A DNA stretch of 64,000 nt from the IMG/VR virus record IMGVR_UViG_3300036046_000003, positions 8,428-72,427 of that record; one strand, given 5' to 3'. Position 1 is the stretch's first letter; each line of letters opens with the position of its first letter. Below, in pieces: positions 47,225 to 56,445 of the stretch. The notes under the pieces are model-generated. The model searched no databases. It worked only from the letters and a program-made list of their open reading frames with translations, and had not been told where the DNA came from. Source of the DNA: a virus. The position numbers and the translations under genes are program-made.

Positions 47225-47469
47225 TAACTACCCTTCTTATCCAGTGCCGCGTTTTCCGCTTCGATATACCTGATATACGCCGTCTCTAGGTCACGCGCCG
47301 CCTGCGCTGCTTTTAGCAGAGCCGCCGACAGTTGCTCGGCTTCCTCGAAGGAAAGTCCGCAGTATACGATCTCGCCAGTTTCAGCCCTTCCCTGTAGGCA
47401 TACGTCGGTGGGGCCGAGACCCCACTCGCAGGCGACGACAAACACGGGAACTGAGAGTAAGCGCGCCAT
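47224..47469 (-). CDS. Hypothetical protein
   Basis: 81-aa ORF in operon. Confidence 0.5.
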   Translation of the reverse strand: MARLLSVPVFVVACEWGLGPTDVCLQGRAETGEIVYCGLSFEEAEQLSAALLKAAQAARDLETAYIRYIEAENAALDKKGS

Positions 47470-47492
47470 TGGACAAATCGCTTTCTGTGCTA

Positions 47493-48029
47493 TTAGGGAG
47501 TTTCGGAAATCTTTTTAACTAATGTACAGACTTTACGGTAGCGGTCGCCCCCGGTGGCCCCAAACACAAGGCGTATAGCCTCTGTTTTACTAGCCCCGCG
47601 ACCTATTAGCGTGCGGACTTCCCTTGCCCCCGCTTCGTCCAAGGGCCGTGACGCCGCCGCTTCACTTACCAGTTTTCTTTCGCGGTCAACCCGCCCCCTT
47701 GCTTTAGCGGTACGAAACGGTGGTTCAGTCGCCGTGCGTGTTCCTAACTCCGCGTCCAGGCGCGCCATTGCGTTCCCCAAATGAAACAACTGCTCTACGC
47801 GGTCTTTAGGCCCGCTAAACCACTCATTGCGAAATCTATAATCCTGCAAAAGTTCGTGAACTTCCCGCTCCACTCGGTACGGATTGGGCTGTTCGTAAGT
47901 GGCAACGACAGACTGCACGAGCGGGCAACCCGTTTGAAGGGTTTTCGTCCTTTGAAGCGCGTCGCTGTCTGTGACCCCAATCTTAAAATAGTCCGTATCG
48001 CCCATTTGAATTAAATAAACAAGCCCCAT
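47493..48029 (-). CDS. GIY-YIG (T5orf172-like) domain + C-terminal HTH-like domain
   Basis: VYLI...FKIG...LQTG.P...E..VH...NEWF; SKTEAIRLVFGATGG.RY. Confidence 0.8.
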   Translation of the reverse strand: MGLVYLIQMGDTDYFKIGVTDSDALQRTKTLQTGCPLVQSVVATYEQPNPYRVEREVHELLQDYRFRNEWFSGPKDRVEQLFHLGNAMARLDAELGTRTATEPPFRTAKARGRVDRERKLVSEAAASRPLDEAGAREVRTLIGRGASKTEAIRLVFGATGGDRYRKVCTLVKKISETP

Positions 48030-48033
48030 TAGC

Positions 48034-49854
48034 TTATTCCTGACTTTTGTGTTGCTGCGCGGTTTCCACAACAATTTTTACCGCCTCAAACTCGTATCGA
48101 AGCCGCTGGTACGCACGTCCGCCGGTAACGCCTGTAGTCTTTTTTAGCGCCGTTGCTACCTCATTTCCGTTTGTTTTGTAGACCTGCAAAGTTTTGACTA
48201 GTACCTTCCGGTTTTCCGCAGATAGCCTTCGAAACACCAAAAGCGCCTCCTTAAAGCTAGTTGGTACAAACTGACCTTCCCCCCTGAAAGGGCCGGAAGG
48301 CGCATTGTTACGCCTTGGAAGGTCATCGGAAGAGGAAGGCGACCCAGCTACCGCCAAGTTACCCACAGGTCTACCTTCCGCCTTGCCTTCCGTGTTATTT
48401 ACCGACCCTTCCAACAGTTCCGCCAGAAGGCATAGGCTATCCTCCGAAACCTCCCTGTTTGGCGCTTCGTTCGCTTGTACCCCCGCGAAGCCTGGATACG
48501 CAGGTGCCGCTATACTTTTCCGTGGAAGTCCCTCTACAATTTCGTCAAATCGGTCTTCGTTTGCTTCGGGGTCGCCGCGAAATATCGGCGTTCGCAGCAG
48601 CGTAAACTCCCCGCGAACTTTTGCCACAAAAACCCCCCGCTCCTGTGGCGGCGGTGGAATTTTGCTCGGTCGAAACGGCAGTGCGGTAGTGTCGCGTACT
48701 CCTAATGCTGGGCCGTCCTGAGAGCCGTCCACTAGCGCCCCAGCAAGCACCGTAGAGAGGTTCATTCGCCAATCCAGACCCTTTCCTGTTGGCGTTTGCA
48801 TAGATACCAACACCCGGATACCCAACGACCTCGCTTTGCTGACCAGGGCCGCCAAAAGCGCTTCCACTTCCCCTGTTATCGCGTCCATTACGTCCGTGAC
48901 CACCACCACAAGCAGCGGCAGCTCAGCGACCCCGCCTTGCGCCGCCCGTTTGTTGTACTGTTCTCGCGTTCGGCAGCCCGCCGAAACAAGCAACTCCTGG
49001 CGGCGCTCGGCCTCGGCGTCAATGACCTTGCAAGCCATTAGAATAGCTTCGCGGCCCTTTTTACCGTAGCCCCCCGCAGGCGGAAAGAACATATGAGACA
49101 GCCCCGACAGGGCGGGCACTAACCAATCTGATTTACCGTCCAGGAACGCAAACTGTAGCGTTTCCGGCCCGTTTCGGCTCGCCAAAAGCGCGAACCAACA
49201 GCGCAAGAGTGCGTCTTTTCCCGCCCCGCTCGTACCGTAAATACCTATATGAAGCAAATCCAGGGCAAGATCGCCCCACACCTGCTTTCCGAGATAATCT
49301 GTGCCCAACGGCACTGCGGTTGTGCTGGCAGGAAACGGCTGAAACTCACCCAAAAGCACGCGCTTTGGAAGTGCGTTTAGTGCAGAAGCCATTGACGCCG
49401 AGGGGCTTTGCAAGCCAGCAGGACGGCTTGCCGCGCCTTTTAGACCGTCGTCATCTTCCCGGCCACGCCCCTTCGACCTCTCCGGGGGCACAGCCGAGGT
49501 TTGAGCCGTTGCTACGGCTTGCGAAGTCGTAGCGCTGGGCGGCGTTTTTGCCGCTAGTTCTTTTCGAGCGGGGGCGGACAAGCGCGCCGGTGTAGTCTCT
49601 ACCAGCCGCACCAATCCCGGCCAGGAACCTTGCGCGTACGTATTCCGGGCCACCTGACGTGGGTCAATGGCTAAGGCTTTGCAAACGGCGGCGGCGACGG
49701 AGGGCGAACGGCGAAGAAAGTATTGACCGAGCGGCAGCAGGAAAAGAGGAGCTGCCCCAGCGGCTCCCCCTGCCACACCGATAGCCGCAAGCAAAATATC
49801 GGTCGCGTCGAATGGAGGTGGGTTTTTTGGCTTGTTCTCTATCGAAGTTTCCAT
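48034..49854 (-). CDS. FtsK/SpoIIIE/TraB-family ATPase with N-terminal TM
   Basis: HIGIYGTSGAGK, FAFLDGK, E.ERR, LPLLVVVVTD, KARSLGI.V..SMQ.P. Confidence 0.85.
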   Translation of the reverse strand: METSIENKPKNPPPFDATDILLAAIGVAGGAAGAAPLFLLPLGQYFLRRSPSVAAAVCKALAIDPRQVARNTYAQGSWPGLVRLVETTPARLSAPARKELAAKTPPSATTSQAVATAQTSAVPPERSKGRGREDDDGLKGAASRPAGLQSPSASMASALNALPKRVLLGEFQPFPASTTAVPLGTDYLGKQVWGDLALDLLHIGIYGTSGAGKDALLRCWFALLASRNGPETLQFAFLDGKSDWLVPALSGLSHMFFPPAGGYGKKGREAILMACKVIDAEAERRQELLVSAGCRTREQYNKRAAQGGVAELPLLVVVVTDVMDAITGEVEALLAALVSKARSLGIRVLVSMQTPTGKGLDWRMNLSTVLAGALVDGSQDGPALGVRDTTALPFRPSKIPPPPQERGVFVAKVRGEFTLLRTPIFRGDPEANEDRFDEIVEGLPRKSIAAPAYPGFAGVQANEAPNREVSEDSLCLLAELLEGSVNNTEGKAEGRPVGNLAVAGSPSSSDDLPRRNNAPSGPFRGEGQFVPTSFKEALLVFRRLSAENRKVLVKTLQVYKTNGNEVATALKKTTGVTGGRAYQRLRYEFEAVKIVVETAQQHKSQE

Positions 49855-49880
49855 TTGCGCGTTTCCTTATGCGGCTGCTT

Positions 49881-50460
49881 GCAAGTCACTCTAGTGGCTT
49901 GCGCGCCTCGTCTTGGTGGGTGCATTGTATCCTTTCGCGCCGCAGCTGTCTACTATATCTCCGCAACCCGTCGCGTTTTAAGCCACTCTAGTGGCTTGCA
50001 AGCCGTTTTACCCCGGTAGTGCGCTCAAATCGGGGTTTAAGCCACTCTAGTGGCTTGCAAGGTCGCTTGCAGCCGTCGATTTTCACCGCCACCAGGCCCC
50101 AAAACGGGCTTTTCGTGCGTTTCCCTGGTGGTAGGCCCACAAAGAACGCCTCTCGGGGGCTGTCCCAAGAGGCGTTTTAAGCCACTCTAGTGGCTTGCAA
50201 GCCGTTTTACCCCGGTAGTGCGCTCAAATCGGGGTTTAAGCCACTCTAGTGGCTTGCAAGGTCGCTTGCAGCCGTCGATTTTCACCGCCACCAGGCCCCA
50301 AAACGGGCTTTTCGTGCGTTTCCCTGGTGGTAGGCCCACAAAGAACGCCTCTCGGGGGCTGTCCCAAGAGGCGTTTTAAGCCACTCTAGTGGCTTGCAAG
50401 CCGTTTTACCCCGGTAGTGCGCTCAAATCGGGGTTTAAGCCACTCTAGTGGCTTGCAAGG
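49881..50460. repeat. Array of seven 18-bp palindromes AAGCCACT-CT-AGTGGCTT within a 199-bp tandem repeat
   Basis: Copies at 49883 (variant), 49980, 50039, 50179, 50238, 50378, 50437. Confidence 0.95.
49924..49952 (-). promoter_or_regulatory. Sigma70-type promoter for the FtsK operon
   Basis: TAGACA-N17-TACAAT on - strand. Confidence 0.65.
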
Positions 50461-50464
50461 ACTC

Positions 50465-51160
50465 TTAGGCCCGCCCGGCGGTGCGTGCGTCGCCTCGCCC
50501 GGTTTCTGGCGCGCCTTTCATTGCGTTCAGAATAAGCACAATACCGGCGGCAAGAAACAAAATAAAGGCCATTTCCATAACCAGGGACGCGATTAACGTC
50601 ATTACGAGCTTGGCGGCAATACCAAGACCGCCAGCAAACGGCCCCGCCCACAAGAGCGCGCCCCGGTCAATGTACGTCTGGACGAAGAGCGCCGAACGCT
50701 CTAAGTCGGTGATAAAATCAAACACGATAAAGGCGTACACGAGCCATTCAATAAAGGTAATCCCCGCCCGCGCCAACCGCGCCCCGAACAATTCCAACAG
50801 CGTTGGAAACAACGAAACGAGGGTGCCCACCATAACGGCCCACTGTGGCGAAACCAAACCGTAGCTGCTTTCCACCGCCCGGCGGGCTTCGGCCAGCCAA
50901 TCGTAGGTACTCTCCAAGTCAAAGTAGTAGGCAAGGCCACCACAGATACTAGCGATAGCGAGAAACGCGATACCGCTAATCATCGCCGAACGCCCTGTAG
51001 TACCGCGTACCGCCTTGAACGCTCGTTCAAGATTTTCGCTCAGGTCAAGCCAGCCGAGAAAGTCCCCGTTTCTGCCAAAAGCCGCATAGAGCAAACCCGC
51101 AATCGCCAAAAAAACAAGCCAATCGAAGGGGCCGTAACCGTTAAAAGGATTGTACAGCAC
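50465..51160 (-). CDS. Multi-TM membrane protein
   Basis: ~5 hydrophobic helices; GAGGAG RBS. Confidence 0.7.
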   Translation of the reverse strand: MLYNPFNGYGPFDWLVFLAIAGLLYAAFGRNGDFLGWLDLSENLERAFKAVRGTTGRSAMISGIAFLAIASICGGLAYYFDLESTYDWLAEARRAVESSYGLVSPQWAVMVGTLVSLFPTLLELFGARLARAGITFIEWLVYAFIVFDFITDLERSALFVQTYIDRGALLWAGPFAGGLGIAAKLVMTLIASLVMEMAFILFLAAGIVLILNAMKGAPETGRGDARTAGRA

Positions 51161-51245
51161 TGAGTTCTCCTCTGGTTTTGCGAAGTATTACTCCGCAGGT
51201 ACGATAAGTAAAGAGCGCCCCTTTCGGAGCGCCGGAAGGTTTAGC

Positions 51246-51761
51246 TTACTTTTGTAGGTCTGCCTTCGCCAACTGAACGATAGCGAGCATAAGCGCCACC
51301 ACCTTGCGGCGCTCGCCAATCGGAATATCGTCCAGTTCTCGGGCTACTGGACTAAAATCCCCGGCGCTAGGTAGCTTGTAATTGCGTATGTCAACCTCAT
51401 CAAACCACCCATCAGCTAAGCCAAACTCTAGTGGATTACAGCCAATAACCTCCGCAATCCTGCGGAACGTTTGCGGTTTTGCTTTAGAGCGGCCACTAAG
51501 AATGGCCGACAAAAAGCCCCGCGAAAGCGGTTCCTCCACCACGGTCGCGGCTTCCCCCTCTACCCGGGTATCAACAGGCCGCTTTGCCCTGGCGGCCACG
51601 TCCGATACGTTCAACCCCAGCGTTCTGTCGGCGTATAAGAGCCAATAGCCCAGGCAGAGGGTTAAGTCCTCTAGCCGATGTTCGTGAAGGTACGCGAACA
51701 GCGCGTCGGTATTGCGCCCATAGGTCGCCTCTGCGGCGCGATATTTACTTTCTACTGCCAC
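51246..51761 (-). CDS. XRE-like HTH regulator
   Basis: LSRGFLSAILSG...P...T..RIA..IG; GGAGGAGG RBS. Confidence 0.7.
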   Translation of the reverse strand: MAVESKYRAAEATYGRNTDALFAYLHEHRLEDLTLCLGYWLLYADRTLGLNVSDVAARAKRPVDTRVEGEAATVVEEPLSRGFLSAILSGRSKAKPQTFRRIAEVIGCNPLEFGLADGWFDEVDIRNYKLPSAGDFSPVARELDDIPIGERRKVVALMLAIVQLAKADLQK

Positions 51762-51774
51762 CTCCTCCTACTTT

Positions 51775-52659
51775 CTACACCGGAACAGAAACCGCAGCGG
51801 GTCGCGTCGCCGGTTTCTCGCCGCGCCGCCGCAAATACAAACCCTCTAACCGCGCCGTTGCCTGCGCCGTATAGCGCTGCGTCGTCTCACAACGCTTATG
51901 CCCTGCTATACGCCGTACCGCGTCAATATCCCCCCCGTTGGGGTCGTCCAGCAACTCGGTAAGCAGTTGGTGGCGGAACAAATGAGGGTGAACGTCCGGG
52001 CGACCTACAACCGCGCCCAGCTCTGTAACAAGCTGCCGTACCCGTTGGTCGCTCAACTCAAACAAGCGCCCCGTTTTCGGAAAGCCGCGCAGCGCAAGAT
52101 AATGCCGAAGCGCCCCGGCTGTCTGGTGATCGAAATAGACTAGTCGCTCGTCTCCGCCTTTCCCCATTACCGTCGCCTTGCCCGCTTCGTCCGCGTGGCG
52201 GGGAAACTGCACGTTTTCGATACACAAACCCACGACTTCGCTTACGCGCCCGCCTGTGGCCCGCAACACCAGCAAAAGTGCCAGGTTACGCGCCCCCGCT
52301 ACCGTAGTGGTGTCGCAAGCACAGCACATTCCCTCAAACTCTTCCGGCGAAAGCAACTGCGGAAGTACCAGCGGTACTTTAACCCCGCGAACGGCAAGCG
52401 CCGCCAATACGTCGCCGCTTAGTAGCTCCTCCGCCACCGCCCAGGTCAAAAACGCACGTGCTGCCGACAGTCGCCGGTTCACCGTCGCCGGTGCGTAACC
52501 CTGCTGTAGTGCTTGCCGGTACGCGGCTAGTTGCTTTGGTCGCAACTCCTCTACGCTGTATCCGTTATCGGATAACCACTGAGAGAAGGCGCGGAGGTCA
52601 GCGGCGTAGGCGCGGCGGGTCTGCGGGGACTGTAGGGTATCGAGAAACCGGGGGAGCAT
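51775..52659 (-). CDS. Tyrosine recombinase (XerC/D-like)
   Basis: T.RAY..DL, TG.RVSE, GKG..ER, HPHLFRH, GH....T.RY. Confidence 0.93.
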   Translation of the reverse strand: MLPRFLDTLQSPQTRRAYAADLRAFSQWLSDNGYSVEELRPKQLAAYRQALQQGYAPATVNRRLSAARAFLTWAVAEELLSGDVLAALAVRGVKVPLVLPQLLSPEEFEGMCCACDTTTVAGARNLALLLVLRATGGRVSEVVGLCIENVQFPRHADEAGKATVMGKGGDERLVYFDHQTAGALRHYLALRGFPKTGRLFELSDQRVRQLVTELGAVVGRPDVHPHLFRHQLLTELLDDPNGGDIDAVRRIAGHKRCETTQRYTAQATARLEGLYLRRRGEKPATRPAAVSVPV

Positions 52660-53059
52660 AAAAGGAGCCTTTGCACTAACTGCACAAGTAGTATACGCGG
52701 TCTGTCAACTCTGCGCAACTGCGGCGTACTTTAGTCGGCGGGCGGCGGCGCGATCCCGTTCCTGGGCGCGGCGTTCTTTTGAGCGGGACGCCTCTACCGG
52801 CGGGTCTTCGTCCACGTACTCTTCTGCGGGGTTGTTTCGTTCACGCAGGCGGGGTTGCCGTTCTTTGCGAAGCACCAGTGTCTCCTTTCCTACCGCCGCG
52901 TACGGGGCGGCTAGCTCGAAAAGTATACAGTTGCTTCGCAGCGGCGTCTATCGAACGGGTCGGAATTGAACCTATTGCTAGTCGTTATCTCCGTAGACCG
53001 CCGAGGGGCTATTCCCTCTTGTGGGCAACCTAATGCGGGTTGCGTATACGGAGGGACGA

Positions 53060-54595
53060 ATGCCAGACGAGACAGTCAACGGGAACCTTACGGTGACGGG
53101 GACGGTGTACGCCGATAACTTTAGAACAGCGGCGTCTGGTTTGCTTTCTATCGAAAAAGATAACGCTAAACTAAACCTGTCACGCAGCTCTAATGTTACA
53201 ACGGCAAGCCTTAGTGTGGCTACTTCGGGCAGTATCGCGCTTGTCGCGGATAATGGAGAGACTATTGCTTCGTATCGTGCTTTGGCACACCGCTTCTATT
53301 TGGGCGGCTCTGCGCAACCCTTTTTCATCGCGGATAACAACCGACTAGAGTATGTCACCTCCTATTACGACAAGTATAGCGTTACCGGCGATAATGAAGC
53401 CGGTCAGATTGAAGTAAACGCCGTAACAAGCGGAGGGGCAGAGGCGGTACTCCAATCATACGCTGCGCGCCACGATTTTTTTGTTTTAGGCAACCACCGG
53501 GCTGCCTTTACCTCCGGATTAGAGCTTTATGGCGGGCAGGGAGCGGCCAGTGTCTCGGCGCGTAGTAATTCGGGTGGGGCCGCAATCCCGCTGGTGCTAA
53601 ACGGCAGTGACGTTGCTGTTACTGCCCCTTTTAGTGCCCCGTCCGTGTTGGTTTTCGGCCAGGTCAGCGCTGGTAATCTAAGTACGGTTGGTTCGATTGC
53701 TGCGCCGGGTGTGCTTATCCAGAACCAAAATATCCAGGCAAACGGTTGGCTGGCCTCTCAGTCTTTGTCGGCAGACCAGCGGATTGAACTGCGATCTATT
53801 GACGGCGGTGGCGTTCGCGTTCGCGCCAGTAACTTTGCAAACAACGCGCTCCGTCCGCTAGACCTGGAAGCTAGTGTAGTGAGAACGCCAGGGTGGGTCT
53901 CTGTCGGAAGTGGCACACAGAACTATACGCCAACTGGCTCCACCTGGGCTACCGGCGGCGCTACCTTGCTGCTGAATGGCCTGGATACGACTTCGATTGC
54001 TTTTCACGACGCCAATAACCGCGTGGACGCAATTGTAGCGGGCGGCGGTCTGATGCGCGTTGGGCCGGATACCGGCTTTGGCCCTGCGAACGTTCAAACC
54101 TACGGCTTTACCGGCGCGGGCGGCGTTCCTCTTGCGAACCAGCGTATGCGCGTCTATTCTAGCGGCGATAACAGCGGTCACTTCCCTCTCGCCGTTGTGA
54201 ATAGCGCAGGCAGCGCGGCGCTGATGTACGTTCGCGGCGATGGTTACGCCTGGACGAGCCAGCCGTGGGCTGTTGGCTCCGACGAACGCCTGAAAGACAA
54301 GGTTGAGCCGCTTGACGCTACCGCGCTAGAGAAGTTGGCCCAGGTTACGTTCCACCGCTACCAGCTTCGCGCAAACGGCCTCCCGCAAGTCGGGGTCATA
54401 GCGCAGGAGCTACAGCAGGTGTTCCCTGAACTGGTGAGCGAACACCACGACCCGGCCAACCCGAACGAGGCACCGCTGCTGGCGGTCAACTATCAGGGTC
54501 TCGCGGTCTACCAGGGAGCCGCAATCCAGCAACTCGCCGCAAAGGTTGCGGGCTTGGAAGAGCGTCTGGCCGCACTCGAAAAGCGCTTTGCCTAG
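53060..54595 (+). CDS. Second tail fibre/receptor-binding protein with S74 chaperone
   Basis: SDERLKD..., GVIAQELQ.VFPELV; ~60-aa block near-identical to 27036..29645. Confidence 0.85.
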   Translation: MPDETVNGNLTVTGTVYADNFRTAASGLLSIEKDNAKLNLSRSSNVTTASLSVATSGSIALVADNGETIASYRALAHRFYLGGSAQPFFIADNNRLEYVTSYYDKYSVTGDNEAGQIEVNAVTSGGAEAVLQSYAARHDFFVLGNHRAAFTSGLELYGGQGAASVSARSNSGGAAIPLVLNGSDVAVTAPFSAPSVLVFGQVSAGNLSTVGSIAAPGVLIQNQNIQANGWLASQSLSADQRIELRSIDGGGVRVRASNFANNALRPLDLEASVVRTPGWVSVGSGTQNYTPTGSTWATGGATLLLNGLDTTSIAFHDANNRVDAIVAGGGLMRVGPDTGFGPANVQTYGFTGAGGVPLANQRMRVYSSGDNSGHFPLAVVNSAGSAALMYVRGDGYAWTSQPWAVGSDERLKDKVEPLDATALEKLAQVTFHRYQLRANGLPQVGVIAQELQQVFPELVSEHHDPANPNEAPLLAVNYQGLAVYQGAAIQQLAAKVAGLEERLAALEKRFA

Positions 54596-54600
54596 ACCGT

Positions 54601-54660
54601 AAAAAAGAAGCCCCCTTTACAGAGAACGAAACGTTCTGTAAAGGGGGCTTCTTTTTTTTT
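54601..54660. terminator. Bidirectional terminator
   Basis: AAAAAAGAAGCCCCCTTTACAGA...TCTGTAAAGGGGGCTTCTTTTTT. Confidence 0.85.
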
Positions 54661-54708
54661 GTTAGCGGCTCCCCGCTACAAAGGCTACCGGCGGTTAGGC
54701 CGCTCTTT

Positions 54709-54978
54709 CTAAAGGGTCACTCCTATGGCCTGACACAACGATCCCGCCGTCCGCCTAAGAGCTTTTAGGCTTTCGCCGTTACAGGGGCGCACTTCCGCCG
54801 AGTAGAAGTTGACAAGATAACCCGCCATTAGAAATAGCGTTCGACTGTCGTCCGTCTCGATACGCACGCCGTCAGCGCCGGGGTGGCTCGAATAGCAGCC
54901 CCCAAAGCCCAGGGAAAGTATCGCGTTGACCGTGTGTACGTCAAATCCAGGGTAATACCGAACGAAGAAGCTGTACAT
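54709..54978 (-). CDS. Hypothetical early protein
   Basis: TAATG coupling. Confidence 0.5.
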   Translation of the reverse strand: MYSFFVRYYPGFDVHTVNAILSLGFGGCYSSHPGADGVRIETDDSRTLFLMAGYLVNFYSAEVRPCNGESLKALRRTAGSLCQAIGVTL

Positions 54979-55346
54979 TAATAGGTCTCCTTAACTTCTA
55001 CAAAATTCACACCCTCACTGTAGTAGCCGTTACTTTCGCCATACCAACGAAGCGTAACGTACCCCTTAATAGTGGCGAACTTATAGAACGTCCAAGTATA
55101 GCTACCCCAGTCATTTGTTCCGCCCTCGGAGACTTCCTCCGCCTGCAAAATCGGAGCGTCGGTAAGATCGTCCAAATTACCGATAACGTCCTCTAGGGTA
55201 ACACTTTCGCAGCAGTCCTGGTCGTGAAACATTTTCCAGCGGCGTCCGTCCTTGCAGATAAACACCAACTCGTCGCCGTCCGTACTGCGGTGAATGGCCT
55301 CTAGCGTTACGCCCACCAATACACTAACGTCCTGATACTGCTGCAC
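54978..55346 (-). CDS. Conserved phage protein
   Basis: H.QDCCE.V...D..G, TWTFY...T.KG....RW.G.SNGYYSE signature. Confidence 0.75.
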   Translation of the reverse strand: MQQYQDVSVLVGVTLEAIHRSTDGDELVFICKDGRRWKMFHDQDCCESVTLEDVIGNLDDLTDAPILQAEEVSEGGTNDWGSYTWTFYKFATIKGYVTLRWYGESNGYYSEGVNFVEVKETY

Positions 55347-55673
55347 TACCCGACCTCCCCTTGGTAAGTAAATTCGGCTGCGTCGAAGTCATTTTTCAGC
55401 TCGTCCAACGGGCGACGGTAAGGCGGTTCGTCTCCCGAATACGAATAGTCTAGCTCGCTCGGCTCAGTCCTACGGCGGCCACTGACAGGGAACTCACAAA
55501 AGGTAGTCGCGGGTTGACCTTCCATAGCGCCTCCAAGTCCGAAACTTTTTCGCTGCGGCCAATACCCGATAGATACGTAACCACAAGTACGCGCCTTACG
55601 TTCCCCTTCCTCATTAGTCCTACACCCACGAGAAGGGCCGCCGAGGGCCGCCCCTCTACGTTGATGTACGATC

Positions 55674-56201
55674 TTACTCCCCGGCACAACGGCGAATGTC
55701 CTCTAGCGCCTCCTCTGTACTTGCAAACCAGTTGGGGATACGCTCTAGGTTCGGGTCGCTGGCCTGATAAATCAGGGCCGCTGCCGCGTTTGTTCCCAGC
55801 CGCGCCTCTAACGCCGCCCCGGCTTGCCCGGCGAGTGTTACTACCCAACCGGCCCGACAGTGGGTTGTCCCGCAGTGCCAGCTACCCATATCCAGCCCGC
55901 CTGTAGAGACCGCTTCAAGCAGTGCCCGGTGAATATTTGGCACTACGGGAATAACCGCAGGTAGAATGGCCCCGCTCAGGTTGGCCTCACACAGGTCGGC
56001 CCCGTTCAGGTCGGCGTTGCGCAGGTCGGCCCGGCGCAGGTCGGCCCCGCTCAGATTAGCCCCGCTCAGGTCGGCCCAGTACAGGTCGGCCCCGCTCAGG
56101 TCGGCCCCGCCAAGGTCGGCGTTGCTCAGGTTGGCGCGCGCCCCGTTCGGGTGGTCGTTCAGCCAAAGCTGATGGTTAGCGATCACTTCTTCGATATTCA
56201 C
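55674..56201 (-). CDS. Pentapeptide repeat protein
   Basis: A(D/N)LxG repeats; C-terminal CGTTHCRAGW. Confidence 0.9.
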   Translation of the reverse strand: MNIEEVIANHQLWLNDHPNGARANLSNADLGGADLSGADLYWADLSGANLSGADLRRADLRNADLNGADLCEANLSGAILPAVIPVVPNIHRALLEAVSTGGLDMGSWHCGTTHCRAGWVVTLAGQAGAALEARLGTNAAAALIYQASDPNLERIPNWFASTEEALEDIRRCAGE

Positions 56202-56445
56202 GGTCAGTAGCCTTTCTGTAGGTTGCTTCTCGAATAATCCAGTATCCAGACGCCCAATACCCCGCAGCGCAACGCGCGGTTAAAGGGCGAGTGTAGGTCA
56301 GCGTAATCATTTCTCCCGCGCCGTTGACCTCGCCGGTAAGATCAGCGCCGGATACAGTGGCCGCGCTAGGGCTGGTTTGTTCTACGATCCACTGACCTAG
56401 CCCGTACTCCCGAAGGGCCGCTAAAGCCTGCGTGAATTCGTACAT
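56176..56445 (-). CDS. Hypothetical early protein
   Basis: Coupled ORF. Confidence 0.45.
   Translation of the reverse strand: MYEFTQALAALREYGLGQWIVEQTSPSAATVSGADLTGEVNGAGEMITLTYTRPLTARCAAGYWASGYWIIREATYRKATDREYRRSDR

Noticed and set aside
49881-50460. Canonical CRISPR array
   Set aside because: Spacers are repeated identically, alternate between ~32 and ~113 nt, and no cas genes are in the window; kept only as a CRISPR-mimic hypothesis
28975-54093. Diversity-generating retroelement (TR/VR pair between the two fibre genes)
   Set aside because: No reverse transcriptase; differences are mostly synonymous and not adenine-specific
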